Of a DNA stretch of 55,600 nt, positions 1-11,200 are shown in pieces. The notes under the pieces are model-generated. The model ran no database searches. It was not told where the DNA came from and worked only from the letters and a program-made list of their open reading frames with translations. The stretch spans positions 1-55,600 of the forward strand of contig DAIDJN010000071.1 in NCBI GenBank assembly GCA_027451365.1. The letters are read 5' to 3'. The DNA comes from Phycisphaerales bacterium. GTDB taxonomy: Bacteria > Planctomycetota > Phycisphaerae > WQYP01. Both the position numbers and the translations under genes were made by a program. The first letter of the stretch is position 1. Every line of letters starts with the position of its first letter.

Positions 1-332
1 CTGGCAACAGGCAAAATAGCGGATGAACCGCACAATGAACGGTTATGGGGCGGAAATTTATGCCAAATATAATCTGAAGCATGGCGAATCAAGGCCATGC
101 GCATGCCAGGAAAGCAAACCGGCGCCGAATGAATGCTGGCATTGGAAGCATTGCATCAGAGCGATCTACGACAAACCTGCTGGAAATTCAGGTTTACAAC
201 GGCCGCCTGAAAATTTGGCAGACCCGGCCACTGGGATAGTCTGCCCCGTCAGTTGCAAACACCGGTCCGACCGGCGGAAAGGTTGCGGATTGTGCGCGAC
301 AGATCGCACGATGCGCGCATTCGGGCAGCCGG

Positions 333-1559
333 TCAGCCCCTGAACAGCATGGTCGCCAGTTTCGCCAGGTTGTCGCGCCATACGCGCCACTGATGACCTC
401 CCGGAGTCCAGACCTGATGGAATTTTATCCCGCGTTTGGTCAGCCATGCATCCAGATTTCGATTCGCGGTGCCCACCAGTGGATCCTGCCTGCCACAGGA
501 AACCCAAAGCAGCCGCAGGCTGGTGTTATCATGCGGACTAAGTTTGGGGAAAATGGAACTGAAATCCGGCCCTGCGGTTCCACAGAACGAACTCATTCCG
601 CCAATCCAGGCGAACTTGCCTGGATTATTAAGCCCGACCACCAGAGCTTCGCCCCCGCCCATGGACAGACCGGCTATCGCCGTGTTCCGCGGGCCTGCAG
701 CAATGCGGTATTCCCGTTCAATGCGCGGCATAATCTCCGAGAACAGCGACTGTTGAAACTTTTCAATATTCCGGCGCAGAAGTTTCGGATCGCTGACATT
801 GGCCGTCGTCCGGGACACGATGGAATCATCGCCGTAGCCCAGCGGCATCACCACAATCATGGGGCTGGCTTTTCGCTGATGAATCAGATTGTCCAGAATA
901 AAGTTGGCCCGCCCCATTTTGGTCCAGGCACTGGCCACATCGCTGTAACCATGAAGGAGGTACAGTACAGGATAGGTTTTTGCGGCTCGCGGGTTATACC
1001 CTGGCGGCGTGTAAACAAAATAATTCCGGTTGTCCGCCACCACATTTGAATGGTAAAAATGCTCCACCACCGCACCGTGCGGCACCGGCAAATCCTGCCA
1101 AAGCGACGCCGGCTTCCCCGGCACCAGCACCAGACTGCCGGAATAAAAAAGGTTTTTCTTGATCCACGGATTCAATGGGTCCAGAACCCGCACCCCATCG
1201 ACATTAAAAGCATAGCTGTATATCGACGGAGGCAACGGCCCTACCGTGACCTGCCATAATCCATCCGGCCTTTTCACCAGCGGGCGCGGCGCGAAGCCGC
1301 CCATTTCCAGAACGACATGGGTCACATGGCCGGCCGGAAATAAAAATGTGACACTTCCATCGGCATGCACCAGCGGTGATACCGGCAACTGATTCCATCC
1401 CTTTACCGAGGGGGCATGGCCTGAATGAGGCTTTCCGAAAGCCGCCGCCACGCCCAGCATTCCCGCGCCGCCCACCAAAGCCAAGGTTCGGCAGAAATCG
1501 CGGCGCGAATTTACCGCCTTCCGGAAACAAAGTGTTAATTCCGCAGCCGCGGTTGACAT
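333..1559 (-). CDS. Tat-exported carbohydrate esterase (CBM48/E-set domain + CE1-like alpha/beta hydrolase)
   Basis: Twin-arginine SRRDFC followed by a hydrophobic stretch; E-set 'GLWQVT..PLPP..YSY.F.VDG..V.DP.NP'; YPVLYLLHG; nucleophile GLSMGG; C-terminal GGH.W..WR. Confidence 0.85.
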   Translation of the reverse strand: MSTAAAELTLCFRKAVNSRRDFCRTLALVGGAGMLGVAAAFGKPHSGHAPSVKGWNQLPVSPLVHADGSVTFLFPAGHVTHVVLEMGGFAPRPLVKRPDGLWQVTVGPLPPSIYSYAFNVDGVRVLDPLNPWIKKNLFYSGSLVLVPGKPASLWQDLPVPHGAVVEHFYHSNVVADNRNYFVYTPPGYNPRAAKTYPVLYLLHGYSDVASAWTKMGRANFILDNLIHQRKASPMIVVMPLGYGDDSIVSRTTANVSDPKLLRRNIEKFQQSLFSEIMPRIEREYRIAAGPRNTAIAGLSMGGGEALVVGLNNPGKFAWIGGMSSFCGTAGPDFSSIFPKLSPHDNTSLRLLWVSCGRQDPLVGTANRNLDAWLTKRGIKFHQVWTPGGHQWRVWRDNLAKLATMLFRG

Positions 1560-1646
1560 AGCCGATCCCTTTCGTGTTAAGATGAGATGACCTCGCCGAT
1601 TAACCCGTTGAAACTAATCTGCGATCCACTCATCAGGAGACCGCAT

Positions 1647-3323
1647 ATGCGAACCCAAAAAATCGAGCACCGCCAGCCATACAGATTGCGACCAGACCAG
1701 CACCTGCGACTGGTTATCTTAACCGCTGCGGCTCTGCTTTGCATTGGACTGAACAAACAACCCATTCGTGCCGCCCGCCCACTGAAAACTTCCGCCACCG
1801 CGCCGCAACTCTGGCTCTATGATTCGACCAACCTGCTGGTCAATGCCAATATAACCCGCATGAAGCGCATCTGGACACGCGCCGCGCGGGCGGGCTATTC
1901 GCATATCCTTCTTTCCGACAGCAAACTGGCACATTTAGATGTGTTGGGAGGAAATACCGCGGCCTACATGCGAAACGTAGCCCGCGTGCGAAAGCTGGCG
2001 AAACGACTTCATCTGACGCTGGTGCCCGGTCTTTTTCCGATTGGTTATTCCAATGATATTTTATATGCCAATCCGACTCTTGCGGAAGGCGTTCCGGTCC
2101 GGAATGTTCCGTTTGTGGTGGAAAACAATGTCGGACGGCCGGCGCGCGAAGCGGGCATCAGCCTGGGAAACAAACCATCATGGAAGGACCCCACGGTCAG
2201 ACTGCAAAATGGCAAAGCGCAACTCAGCAACCCTGTCGGCAACGCCCGCATGGTTTTTGTCCGAACCCTGCACCGCTTTCGCGCTTACCATGTGCAAATC
2301 ATGATTCGTACGCAGGGCTTTACCGGCCGTCCGCAACTGGAGGTGCTTACACGGCGTGACGCCCGCAACTTGCAATACGAGTCGCTCAAAACCAGATCAA
2401 CGCAATCCTGGAAACGTTACGATCTGGTATTTGATACTCTTAATCACCGCCATGTGAGTATTTATTTCGGCGTTTGGGGAAGCGCGCGTGGCCGCCTGGA
2501 ATGGAAAAGCTGGCGTCTAACCGTCGCGGGTCTGGTGAATCCGTTAAGCCGCCCCGGCGCGCCCACCACCATTGCCGGCTACCGGTCTGGCGTTGATTAC
2601 CGGCCGATTGTGGACCGTCAACTGGGCAACAATCCATGGGCGGGCGAATACACTGCGTGGCACAAGCCGGTCGATATTCATTTCCTTCGACCGGTTCCCA
2701 ATGGAACGGTGGTGCGCGTTTCCTGGTATTACCCGCCCATTTTTTATGATGGGCAGGTCGCCGCGTGCCTGGGTTCGGGCCAATTTCGCGATCTGCTGGC
2801 GCAAAACGCCCGAAGCGTGAGGGCCGCTTTTCACAGTGGCCATTATATGATGGACATAGATGAAGACCGCGTGCTGGACTGGGACGCATCCTGCGCCCGG
2901 CTTCATGAAACACCGGGCCAGATTCTTGCCGCCACCACAAGGTATTGCCGCCATCTGTTGCATGGGGATGTTATTTATACCTGGAGCGATATGTTTGACC
3001 CGAATCACAATGCGCATGGGTCCTATTATCTGGTAAACGGGTCCTGGTCCGGGTCGTGGAACGGTCTGGGCCGCCGGACAATTGTCATGAACTGGAATGG
3101 TGATCATAAAAACAAGTCCCTGAAATTTTTTGAAGCCCGTGGCAATCGCCAGATCATTGCCGCGTATTACGACGCCCCGCTAAGCCAGACCGCCGCGTGG
3201 ATACGCGCGGCCAAACCAGTGCCGGGTGTTATCGGGTATATGTATACAACATGGGCCGGCGATTATCGGAAAATAGGCGCCTTCGCCAAACTGATTCATC
3301 AGGCCTATGCACAGCACAAGTAA
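1647..3323 (+). CDS. Secreted glycoside hydrolase-like protein (GH20-like TIM barrel with inserted carbohydrate-binding beta-sandwich)
   Basis: Long ORF (track start 1587; ATG 1647 follows AGGAGA); signal-like segment; DE pair in MMDIDEDR; WSDMF, MNWN and G.MYTTW motifs. Confidence 0.55.
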   Translation: MRTQKIEHRQPYRLRPDQHLRLVILTAAALLCIGLNKQPIRAARPLKTSATAPQLWLYDSTNLLVNANITRMKRIWTRAARAGYSHILLSDSKLAHLDVLGGNTAAYMRNVARVRKLAKRLHLTLVPGLFPIGYSNDILYANPTLAEGVPVRNVPFVVENNVGRPAREAGISLGNKPSWKDPTVRLQNGKAQLSNPVGNARMVFVRTLHRFRAYHVQIMIRTQGFTGRPQLEVLTRRDARNLQYESLKTRSTQSWKRYDLVFDTLNHRHVSIYFGVWGSARGRLEWKSWRLTVAGLVNPLSRPGAPTTIAGYRSGVDYRPIVDRQLGNNPWAGEYTAWHKPVDIHFLRPVPNGTVVRVSWYYPPIFYDGQVAACLGSGQFRDLLAQNARSVRAAFHSGHYMMDIDEDRVLDWDASCARLHETPGQILAATTRYCRHLLHGDVIYTWSDMFDPNHNAHGSYYLVNGSWSGSWNGLGRRTIVMNWNGDHKNKSLKFFEARGNRQIIAAYYDAPLSQTAAWIRAAKPVPGVIGYMYTTWAGDYRKIGAFAKLIHQAYAQHK

Positions 3324-3757
3324 CCCGCCCGGCCAAACGCACGTGTTTGCGAGGGCGGCATCACTATTGCGGGCGTCACCTGCGAAGCGGTGAATTGCCG
3401 GACGCGATCATGGGTAACCGCAGCCGGCGAGGCCATTTACGACAAGGTCCTGAATCAAAATCCATATCCGCCGGCAAAGGCAAGCACAGGGCGTTCGGCT
3501 ATCATGAATTGGCGAGTGGTAAATGACAATTTCAGGGGAATGGTTGAGCGAGTCAACGGCGATGGATGGGAATAAAGACGGGTCGCGAGCGGACAGCTAT
3601 AAGCCAGAGACTGATACAGCAAATCGCGTGAATTGCCGGCGCCGCAAGGCGGATTTTCCCGCCTGCGGGAACAGGGGAGATCGGCCTTGCCCGGCTTTCG
3701 AGCGTTCGGAGGGCGGCACGCAATGAAATTTTGCCACGTTCATGCTACAACTAGGAC

Positions 3758-4666
3758 ATGAATATGGCCCAGCCCGCAAACAAAACCCAATGGAAAACCG
3801 GTGAATTGCTCGAATGGACCACGCAGTTCTTCACCCGCGCTGGCATTGATGAAGCCCGCCTGAGTGCTGAATTGCTTCTGGCCCATGCGCTCGGGACCTC
3901 GCGCATGGCGTTGTATACGCAGTTTGACCAGTTCCCCCCGCCGGATAAAGTGGCTCAGTTTCGTGAGCTGGTCCGCCTGCGCAAGGACCACACCCCCGTG
4001 GCACATCTAATCGGCAAGGGCTGGTTTTTTTCCATGGAACTTGCCGTTTCAGCCGAGGTGCTTATTCCCCGACCAGATACCGAAACCCTGGTGGAACAGG
4101 CCATAGGCCTGGTGCGTGCCAACCCCGGCTGGGAAACGCCGAATATTCTGGACCTGTGTACCGGCAGCGGCTGCATTGCGCTGGCGTTGGCGAAAAATCT
4201 GCCAACCGCACGGCTTATCGGGGCAGACATCAGCCCAACCGCACTGGCCGTGGCAGAGAAAAATGCGGCGGCGCACCAACTGTCGGATCGCATAAGATGG
4301 TGTCAGGGCGACCTGTTCACCGCGGTGCAGGAAGTATCTCCGCCGGTGAAATTTGACCTGATTGTGTCCAATCCGCCCTACATCCCCAGCGCGCAAATTG
4401 CGTCGCTTATGCCGGAAGTCAGCCGCCACGAACCGAGGTTGGCACTGGATGGCGGCCCGGAAGGCGTTACCTTTTATAATCGAATCGCGACTGCCGCGCC
4501 GGACTGGCTTAAACCCGGCGGAGCTTTAATACTTGAAACCGCGTTTAATCAGGCGGCGGCTGTTGAGGCCATTCTTTCGTCCACCGGTAAATATTACGGC
4601 TTGCGAATTGCCCGCGATGTGGCTGGCCACCAGCGCTGTTTGATAGCCCAGGTAAAGTCGGAATAA
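3758..4666 (+). CDS. prmC: Release factor glutamine methyltransferase HemK/PrmC
   Basis: VLIPRPDTE, LDLCTGSGCIA, SNPPY, EPRLALDGG. Confidence 0.95.
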   Translation: MNMAQPANKTQWKTGELLEWTTQFFTRAGIDEARLSAELLLAHALGTSRMALYTQFDQFPPPDKVAQFRELVRLRKDHTPVAHLIGKGWFFSMELAVSAEVLIPRPDTETLVEQAIGLVRANPGWETPNILDLCTGSGCIALALAKNLPTARLIGADISPTALAVAEKNAAAHQLSDRIRWCQGDLFTAVQEVSPPVKFDLIVSNPPYIPSAQIASLMPEVSRHEPRLALDGGPEGVTFYNRIATAAPDWLKPGGALILETAFNQAAAVEAILSSTGKYYGLRIARDVAGHQRCLIAQVKSE

Positions 4667-4735
4667 CCAAAATATATTGACGCCTTTAGCTTTTTGGCAA
4701 GCGTAAGAAATCGCCAAACCGCGCGACGGTCGCAT

Positions 4736-5593
4736 TTAATTTGTGTTGACTACTCCGTTGCCGATTAAAATCGCCTTGTCCACCCGACCACTTAAGACCG
4801 CCTTTGCGTCCTGTTGAATATCCAGCGCATAGTGGCTGTCGTGCTGAATTTTTTCCAGAACCAGCCGCACGGTCGGGTCTTTTCGCACCGGCCACAACTG
4901 ATATACGCATTGCGCCAGGGCACCGGACCGGGGGTTTTCCACCACGGGCAGGAGCCGCTGTTTAATCTGCCAGGGCTTTTGTGTTCCGCTGTCTCCATAG
5001 GCGGCGGAAATTCCGGTGACATTTGCGGCCGCACCGCCAGCGCCGACCATATTCAACAAAGCCGAGGTGCCCGCAACCTGCTGCGCTTTGGCACCGCCGC
5101 TGAAGGAAAACTCGCGAATGGCAACAAGGCCGTAATGCCGCCGGACCAGACCCGCTACGCTGGAAAACCGGTTTTCATTCTGAATTTTCAAATGGAATCG
5201 CTCTGTTTTAATGCGTACCGTCAAAGGCCAGCGGGCGTCACCCGCCGATGTTAAATCCGCAGTTGATTCCACGTGGATATCATCCGCCCAATTGGAACCA
5301 AAGAGTCCGGTCAGATACGCGTTAAGATTTTCAAACCTCTGCCGATACTGACCGGCATGGTTGCGGTGCGCATGGCGCAGGGGCCAGGTAATAAGTGAAA
5401 ACGCTTTTTGGTAGCCGCCGGGCTGACCGCTGCCGACAAGCTTAAAGAAATCTGTAGCCAGTGCCGTGCGGCTGACTGGGTAGGCCAAAATCGGATTGGG
5501 CTTGGGTCGGTGCATGAACCAGAATACACCTGCAACGGCCAGTACTAAAACCACAAGCCAAAGGGCCAGTTTCCCGGGATTCGCACTTGCCAT
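4736..5593 (-). CDS. Hypothetical protein with N-terminal membrane anchor
   Basis: 285 aa ORF with TM helix LALWLVVLVLAVAGVFWF; fills the gap between prmC and the divergent gene. Confidence 0.7.
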   Translation of the reverse strand: MASANPGKLALWLVVLVLAVAGVFWFMHRPKPNPILAYPVSRTALATDFFKLVGSGQPGGYQKAFSLITWPLRHAHRNHAGQYRQRFENLNAYLTGLFGSNWADDIHVESTADLTSAGDARWPLTVRIKTERFHLKIQNENRFSSVAGLVRRHYGLVAIREFSFSGGAKAQQVAGTSALLNMVGAGGAAANVTGISAAYGDSGTQKPWQIKQRLLPVVENPRSGALAQCVYQLWPVRKDPTVRLVLEKIQHDSHYALDIQQDAKAVLSGRVDKAILIGNGVVNTN

Positions 5594-5666
5594 AAATTCC
5601 TCGCGCCAAAACTTTATGAATCTCTAAAATAGTGATCTGTCGTTCAACCCAGTATACAGAATTCAT

Positions 5667-5740
5667 AAAAAAGGCGAAACAGGAAGTGGCGTCCGGAGAC
5701 AGACGGATCACGGAGTCCGACAACGCCACCAGTTCCGCCT
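5667..5740 (-). promoter_or_regulatory. Long hairpin followed by U6 tract (terminator/attenuator-like) upstream of 4736..5593
   Basis: Minus strand AGGCGGAAC/GUUUCGCCU, GUGGCGU/ACGCCAC and UCGGA/UCCGG stems, then UUUUU. Confidence 0.55.
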
Positions 5741-5846
5741 AACCGGATAGAATGGCGTGGCCACGGGGTTGAGCAATGCGGACGGAGGAATAAAATAGTC
5801 CCCAAGGGGATACTTCAGCGACTGAAACAGCGGCGGAAAGGCCAAT

Positions 5847-6542
5847 ATGTCGAATGCAACATCTGTTCAAGTTCAGAAACTTAACGCCCAACTGGCGGAA
5901 AAGCTGCAACGCGAACTTCACGCCGATGAAGTACTGATATGGACCGGCCAGCCGGGCCGTAGCGGCCAGACTGTTGGCATTCTATTTATCCTGACGTTCG
6001 GTATAGTCGTGACCAGCTTTTCAGCGTTCTTCATGCTTGACACCCTGGGATTTCCTTCTGCGAAGCATTTGCCGCACAGCATTATCCAGTGGATATTTGC
6101 ACTGTTTGGCCTGCCGTTTCTGCTGGTCGGTCTGGGCCTTATTGTGATGCCTCTTTTCCTTACGCGAAGAATTCGGAAAACAGTCTTTGCAATTACAAAT
6201 CATCGTGTCATTATCGGCCGATACGTTGGAAAAGTTCCATCCGTCTATTCTCTGAAACCGGCGGATCTGGGCAATATAAAGGAATCATGCAACAGCGACG
6301 GCTCGGGCAGTATTTATTTCAACTTACCCGATGCGGACGCGGACAGTGGTCCGATTTACAATCTTTCCGGCCAGCAGGTGGTGCCATCCGGCGCATCCGG
6401 ACGGCCGTTTCAGACCGATTTTCTGGATATTCCGGCGGTTCACGAGGTGTTCAATCTGCTCCAGAAGCTGGCACGGACCGAGTCAGCCACAGTTGCAAAC
6501 AACCAGCAGCCTGATGGTGATTCGAGCGCTCCGCACACCTGA
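5847..6542 (+). CDS. Two-TM membrane protein with bacterial PH-like domain
   Basis: E.LIWTGQP; two TM helices; T.FAITN.RVI; DGSG.I.F; F.DIP.V.EV. Confidence 0.7.
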   Translation: MSNATSVQVQKLNAQLAEKLQRELHADEVLIWTGQPGRSGQTVGILFILTFGIVVTSFSAFFMLDTLGFPSAKHLPHSIIQWIFALFGLPFLLVGLGLIVMPLFLTRRIRKTVFAITNHRVIIGRYVGKVPSVYSLKPADLGNIKESCNSDGSGSIYFNLPDADADSGPIYNLSGQQVVPSGASGRPFQTDFLDIPAVHEVFNLLQKLARTESATVANNQQPDGDSSAPHT

Positions 6543-6818
6543 AGGTATGACCTGCCGGAAGGGTGCTGTGGTGACAGTTCGGAACAACCCAATTAAAACT
6601 CCCATGGGTATGGATGACACATATCAAGGGCGCACATTGCCCGGAAGAACGAGCTATTTTCGCCGCCCGCGCAGCCTGAGCCGTCTGCGATTAAAACTCG
6701 CCGGTGCCCAATCTTGCTAAAAAGGTGTCCAACTTGAGCCGGGATTTCCGCTGAAGTAAAATAGGGAGTAAAATAGTAAATGGCGGCCGGGGTAATCTGA
6801 ATGTAGCTAAGGATTCGC

Positions 6819-8261
6819 ATGATGCGTTCGTGTTTTGACCGTTTAAGTTACTTCTTAAGGTGCTTCCTGCCATGTCTGGCCGCGTCGACGGTGCTATTGC
6901 TGACCGGCTGTCAGGCAGTGCATCCGGTGGCGCAGCAAAAGCGACCAATTGCGGCGACGCGTCTGGTCATTCATGCGGGGTCTCCGCTGTCCGGCGCTGT
7001 GGCGTTTATGCCGGGTCGGCCCCCCGCCGGCGGCTCCGCGTTGGCCCTGGTGGTACGGGTGAATTTCTTTATCCTTCCGCGTATGCCTGACCGGCTTTTA
7101 GCGCCGTTAAGCAGCCGAGCCTCGCTGGTACTGACCCGTCGCGGGCGGCGGGCGACGCTTGCCTTCGGCCGCCTGACGCGCGGCGCACGGTTCGCGCGGG
7201 TTTCAGGCACGGGATCATTCGCGCGGCAGTTAGCGGATGCGTGCGGCCCCGTAGAAGGGTTTTCACCAATGCGGGCCGCGGTATTTCCCGGGGGCTGGGT
7301 CAGCTTTCAACTGCGTGACGGATATCGGTTCGCCGCGCGTGCCGGTGGCCAAAAACATCGCCCATCCGTTCGCATTGAAGCCTGGCTGCCGCGAAAGGGC
7401 GGCTTAAAATCGCTTCGGCTGGCCCTGGGTGCGGCCCGGTTTTCGTCCGGACCAATTCGCGGGACACTGACCTTTAATCGCGAAACTCAAATCATTTCCG
7501 CAACCGGCAACCAGCGCGGGAATGTGGCATTTTTAGTTCCTTTCCGATTTGTTTCCGGCAGCGGACAGGCGGTGGCCGCGGTACTGCATATCCGTCCAGC
7601 CGGCCTGAAAGATCAGGCGCTGGTCAAGGCCTGCATGACCGCGGCCGCCGCGCCGCTGCCTGCATTAACCAATCCACTGAATCACCTGAACCGCCCGGAC
7701 CTGATTGAGGCGCTGACCCGCGTGCGACAGGCAGACGTTCGCCGCGCGGCGCTTATTTATCTGGCGGGTCAGACCGGCGCTGGGCTGTGTGATGATGCCG
7801 CGCTTACCCTGAAACCGCCGGGGCTTAAAATTCTGGCCGACCGGGTGTTCTCTTCACTGCACAAGATCGCCCCGGGATTGACCGTAGCCCGCTTCGGCTG
7901 GTGGATGGACCGCGCCGCATATCAGTTGCTTTATACCATGCAGAAAAAGGCCCCGCTGCCCACTGCCCTGCAAACGGTTCTAGCGCTGCATATTGGCGAG
8001 GCGGCCTATCACCCATCCTCTCTGGACCAGATCGCCGGCGCCCTGGGTTCGCGAAAAATTTTTGCGCGGCAGGTCATAGCGGAAAATTATATCTATCTTC
8101 AGGATACTTCCCCGAACGCCCGCATTGGCGCGTTTGACTGGTTGAAACGGCACGGCTTCGCCCCGCCCGGCTACCATCCGCTGGATTCCGTCGAGGCCCG
8201 CAACGCCGCGCTGGACAACGCCGCCAACGACGCGGCCTTTCTTAAAAGGATTCAGCCATGA
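6819..8261 (+). CDS. Hypothetical lipoprotein, coupled to the DUF748 gene
   Basis: Lipobox LLLTGC; stop overlaps the next start (ATGA 8258-8261). Confidence 0.7.
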   Translation: MMRSCFDRLSYFLRCFLPCLAASTVLLLTGCQAVHPVAQQKRPIAATRLVIHAGSPLSGAVAFMPGRPPAGGSALALVVRVNFFILPRMPDRLLAPLSSRASLVLTRRGRRATLAFGRLTRGARFARVSGTGSFARQLADACGPVEGFSPMRAAVFPGGWVSFQLRDGYRFAARAGGQKHRPSVRIEAWLPRKGGLKSLRLALGAARFSSGPIRGTLTFNRETQIISATGNQRGNVAFLVPFRFVSGSGQAVAAVLHIRPAGLKDQALVKACMTAAAAPLPALTNPLNHLNRPDLIEALTRVRQADVRRAALIYLAGQTGAGLCDDAALTLKPPGLKILADRVFSSLHKIAPGLTVARFGWWMDRAAYQLLYTMQKKAPLPTALQTVLALHIGEAAYHPSSLDQIAGALGSRKIFARQVIAENYIYLQDTSPNARIGAFDWLKRHGFAPPGYHPLDSVEARNAALDNAANDAAFLKRIQP

Positions 8262-11200
8262 CCAATACCAATAAGCCGTCCGCAAGTTCCGGCGTTAAGG
8301 CCGCGCCTTCGGGCAAATGGAAAAGACGCAGCATTCGCATTCTGGCGGTGGTGGGCGCGGCGGTCATTCTTCTGCGACTGTCGCTGCTGGTTCTTCTGCC
8401 GGCGGTGCTGCAACATGCCTTGGGTTATTATGGGCTCAAAGCAAGCTGGCAGCGGCTAAGCCTAAGCGTGCTGGGCGGGGATTTAAGCATCTGGGATATA
8501 AAAGTAAGTCCGCTGGCTGGCGGGCCGGCCGTCATAAAAAGTGAATATTGCCACGGCAATGTTTCTGTTTTGCAACTGTTCATAGGCCGGCTGTATCTCC
8601 GGCGGATAGAAGCTGATGGCGCTAACATCTATATAACGCGTGACTCGTCCGGCAATGGACCGCTGCTGCACGCTTTACTGGCAAAGCCACCAGCGCAAAG
8701 CGGCACAACCGTGGCGGGCAAATGGTCCCTTTCATCACCGTTGCGCATTCGCGCATTCCGGCTGGAAGATGTGAAGCTGCACCTCATTGATAAGAGCGTT
8801 CGGCCCACGGTGCGCACACACCTGGCCATGAACATTCGCGTGTCGGAACTGGGCTTAAAAGGTAAACCGACCCGCTTCGGACTCTCATTCTGGTCGGGTA
8901 CCATGCTTGACACTCTGCGCGTGGGAGGAACTTTTACCAATACCGCGTCGACGCTTTCGGCGCACGCCCATATTTTTATGATTGGCCTGCATTTAAAGCC
9001 TGTCGCCGGTTATCTGCGCCCGCTTGGGCTGGTTCCAACCGCGGGCAACCTTTCACTTCATGCCGCAGCCCAGTGCCAGCTTCGCGTACTGTCGGGACCG
9101 CACCCGGCCCTTGTGGCTTCATGCAGTGTCACGGACCTTCTTTTATCCGCGGACGGGCAGCCTGCGCTGGGTGTTGGGCAGTTGGCTCTTGCCGCGGAAT
9201 TGAAGGGCAAACTGCTGAATTTAAGCGATATTGCATTGGACGGATGCCATTTTTACGCCCGGCGAACCCGCGCGGGCACGTTCCAGTTTGCAGGATTGAA
9301 TTTAACCCGCGCCACGCCCGCACCGCCAGGCCCACGCACCGCGGTGGCCGTGAAAGTCGCGGCCAAGGCTGTGGCGGCCAATCCCGTGCTTCGAGCCGCG
9401 GCCCATGTGGTTGCGAAATCAAAAGAGACCTCCGGTCATTATGCCATCGGCATTCAGGCGGTGCATCTGCGCGACCTGCAATTGACCTGGCTGGATCGCG
9501 CCGTGGTCCCCGCCAACACGATCACACTGAATTTAAATTCACTTGTCGCAACCAATTCCGGCGGTCTACCGGGGCAACCATCTTTTCACCTGAAACTGCA
9601 GGGAAATGGCAGCATACCAGGCGTGGCGCAAACTTTTACGCTTTCCGGTTCATCCCTTCCATTTGCCCATCCGGCGGTATTAAACACCCATTTTATGGCC
9701 GCGGGCATTACCGCCAGCGCGCTTAAGCCGTATCTCAAAGCGGCCGGCCTTACCAGCGAACTAGCCAATGGGTCGCTGCATTTCGCGGCTGCGGCGAATG
9801 TGGGGCGGTCGGCGGACGGCACACTTTCTGCGGGATTTTCCCTGCATCACCTGGTATTCGCCGATCAGGGAAAAACCCTCCTGAATTTTCCGGGCATTGA
9901 ACTTTCCTCCCTGCGGGTCAACCCCTTGACCGGCCGGTTTGAGGTTGGCAACGTGCTGGTGGATGGCCCTGTTTTTTCCATTACAAGGGAGAAATCAGGC
10001 GATCTGTCTCTGCTGGGCATGCGTCTGCGGGGACGCCCCATACCGCCGACACGACCGCGCAATACCGCCGCCAAGCCGTCCGGGCCGGCGGAACCGACGG
10101 TGCTTCCACGCATACAGGTGGACTCATTTTTATGGCACCATATCCGAATACATTTTCAAGATGATGCTCCTGGAATAGCTCGGAGCTTTTTCATCGCCCA
10201 CGGCGGACTTTCGGTGAAGAATTTCCTGCTGGACATGGGGCATGTGTCGGCACATCCAAGAACCGGAATTTTTCACGCCTGGATTGCCGCGCCGGGACTG
10301 CTGCAAAGTGCGGACCTGACCGGCAAACTGCTGCCCCGGAAGAACAGCCTCGGCTTTGGACTTTCCGCAACCGCCAGCCAAATGAATTTAACTCCGCTGG
10401 CCCCCTATCTTGTGCCAGAAGGCATTTTACCGTTGATGATGGATGGAAACCTGTCTGCCGGAATTAAGGGCAAACTGGAAAAGACCGCTTCCGGCTATAA
10501 CGGGGAATTTCAAGCTGCAAATGTTCTACTGAAAAATGGAACCGATACGCTGGCCTCACTGGCGGCTCTGAATATTTCCGGCGTACGTGTTTCACCGCAC
10601 GGACTGGCTATTGCAGACTGCAGTGCAACCAAGCCCTGGATTCATATCGGTCGTACAAAGCAGGGTCAGTTGGAGGCACTTGGTCTGCGGTTTGTACCCG
10701 CAAGCTCCGTCGCAAATAATCCGCCGGTACAGCCGGCGCCTGTTCCGCCGCTGGCGGGCGCGGCCCGTTTTTTTCTTCTGCAAAAATTTTCGCTCAACAA
10801 AGGCGGGTTTCTGTGGACGGATGCCGATGTTTGCAGACCGGTAACGCTTCACATTTCCGCCACAGCGGCCGCCAGCCACATCGTGCTGGGCCGTACCACC
10901 GGTCGGCATTGGAGTCATTTTTCGATGCAGGCAACCATTCCTGGCGTGCTGGGAAACATGTCTGTCACGTCGCGTTTTGCTGCGCTAACCCGCAGCGGCA
11001 AAACGCGCGCCGCCCTGACAGTTGCCATGCAGCACATTTCCGCCGCGCCCCTGGAACCTTACGTGCCGCGCAACATGTATTCCACGCTGCGCAACGGGTC
11101 GCTGCAAATGGCGGCCAGTCTTTTAATGCAACCCAATCCCAAGGGTGGCATGGGCGGCCAGTTGGTGCTCAAATCACTTGATTTGTCGAATGCCATCCCT

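Noticed and set aside
1..343. ORF 23..343 and other short ORFs at the window start
   Set aside because: No recognisable motifs or RBS; overlaps the esterase end; cannot be supported
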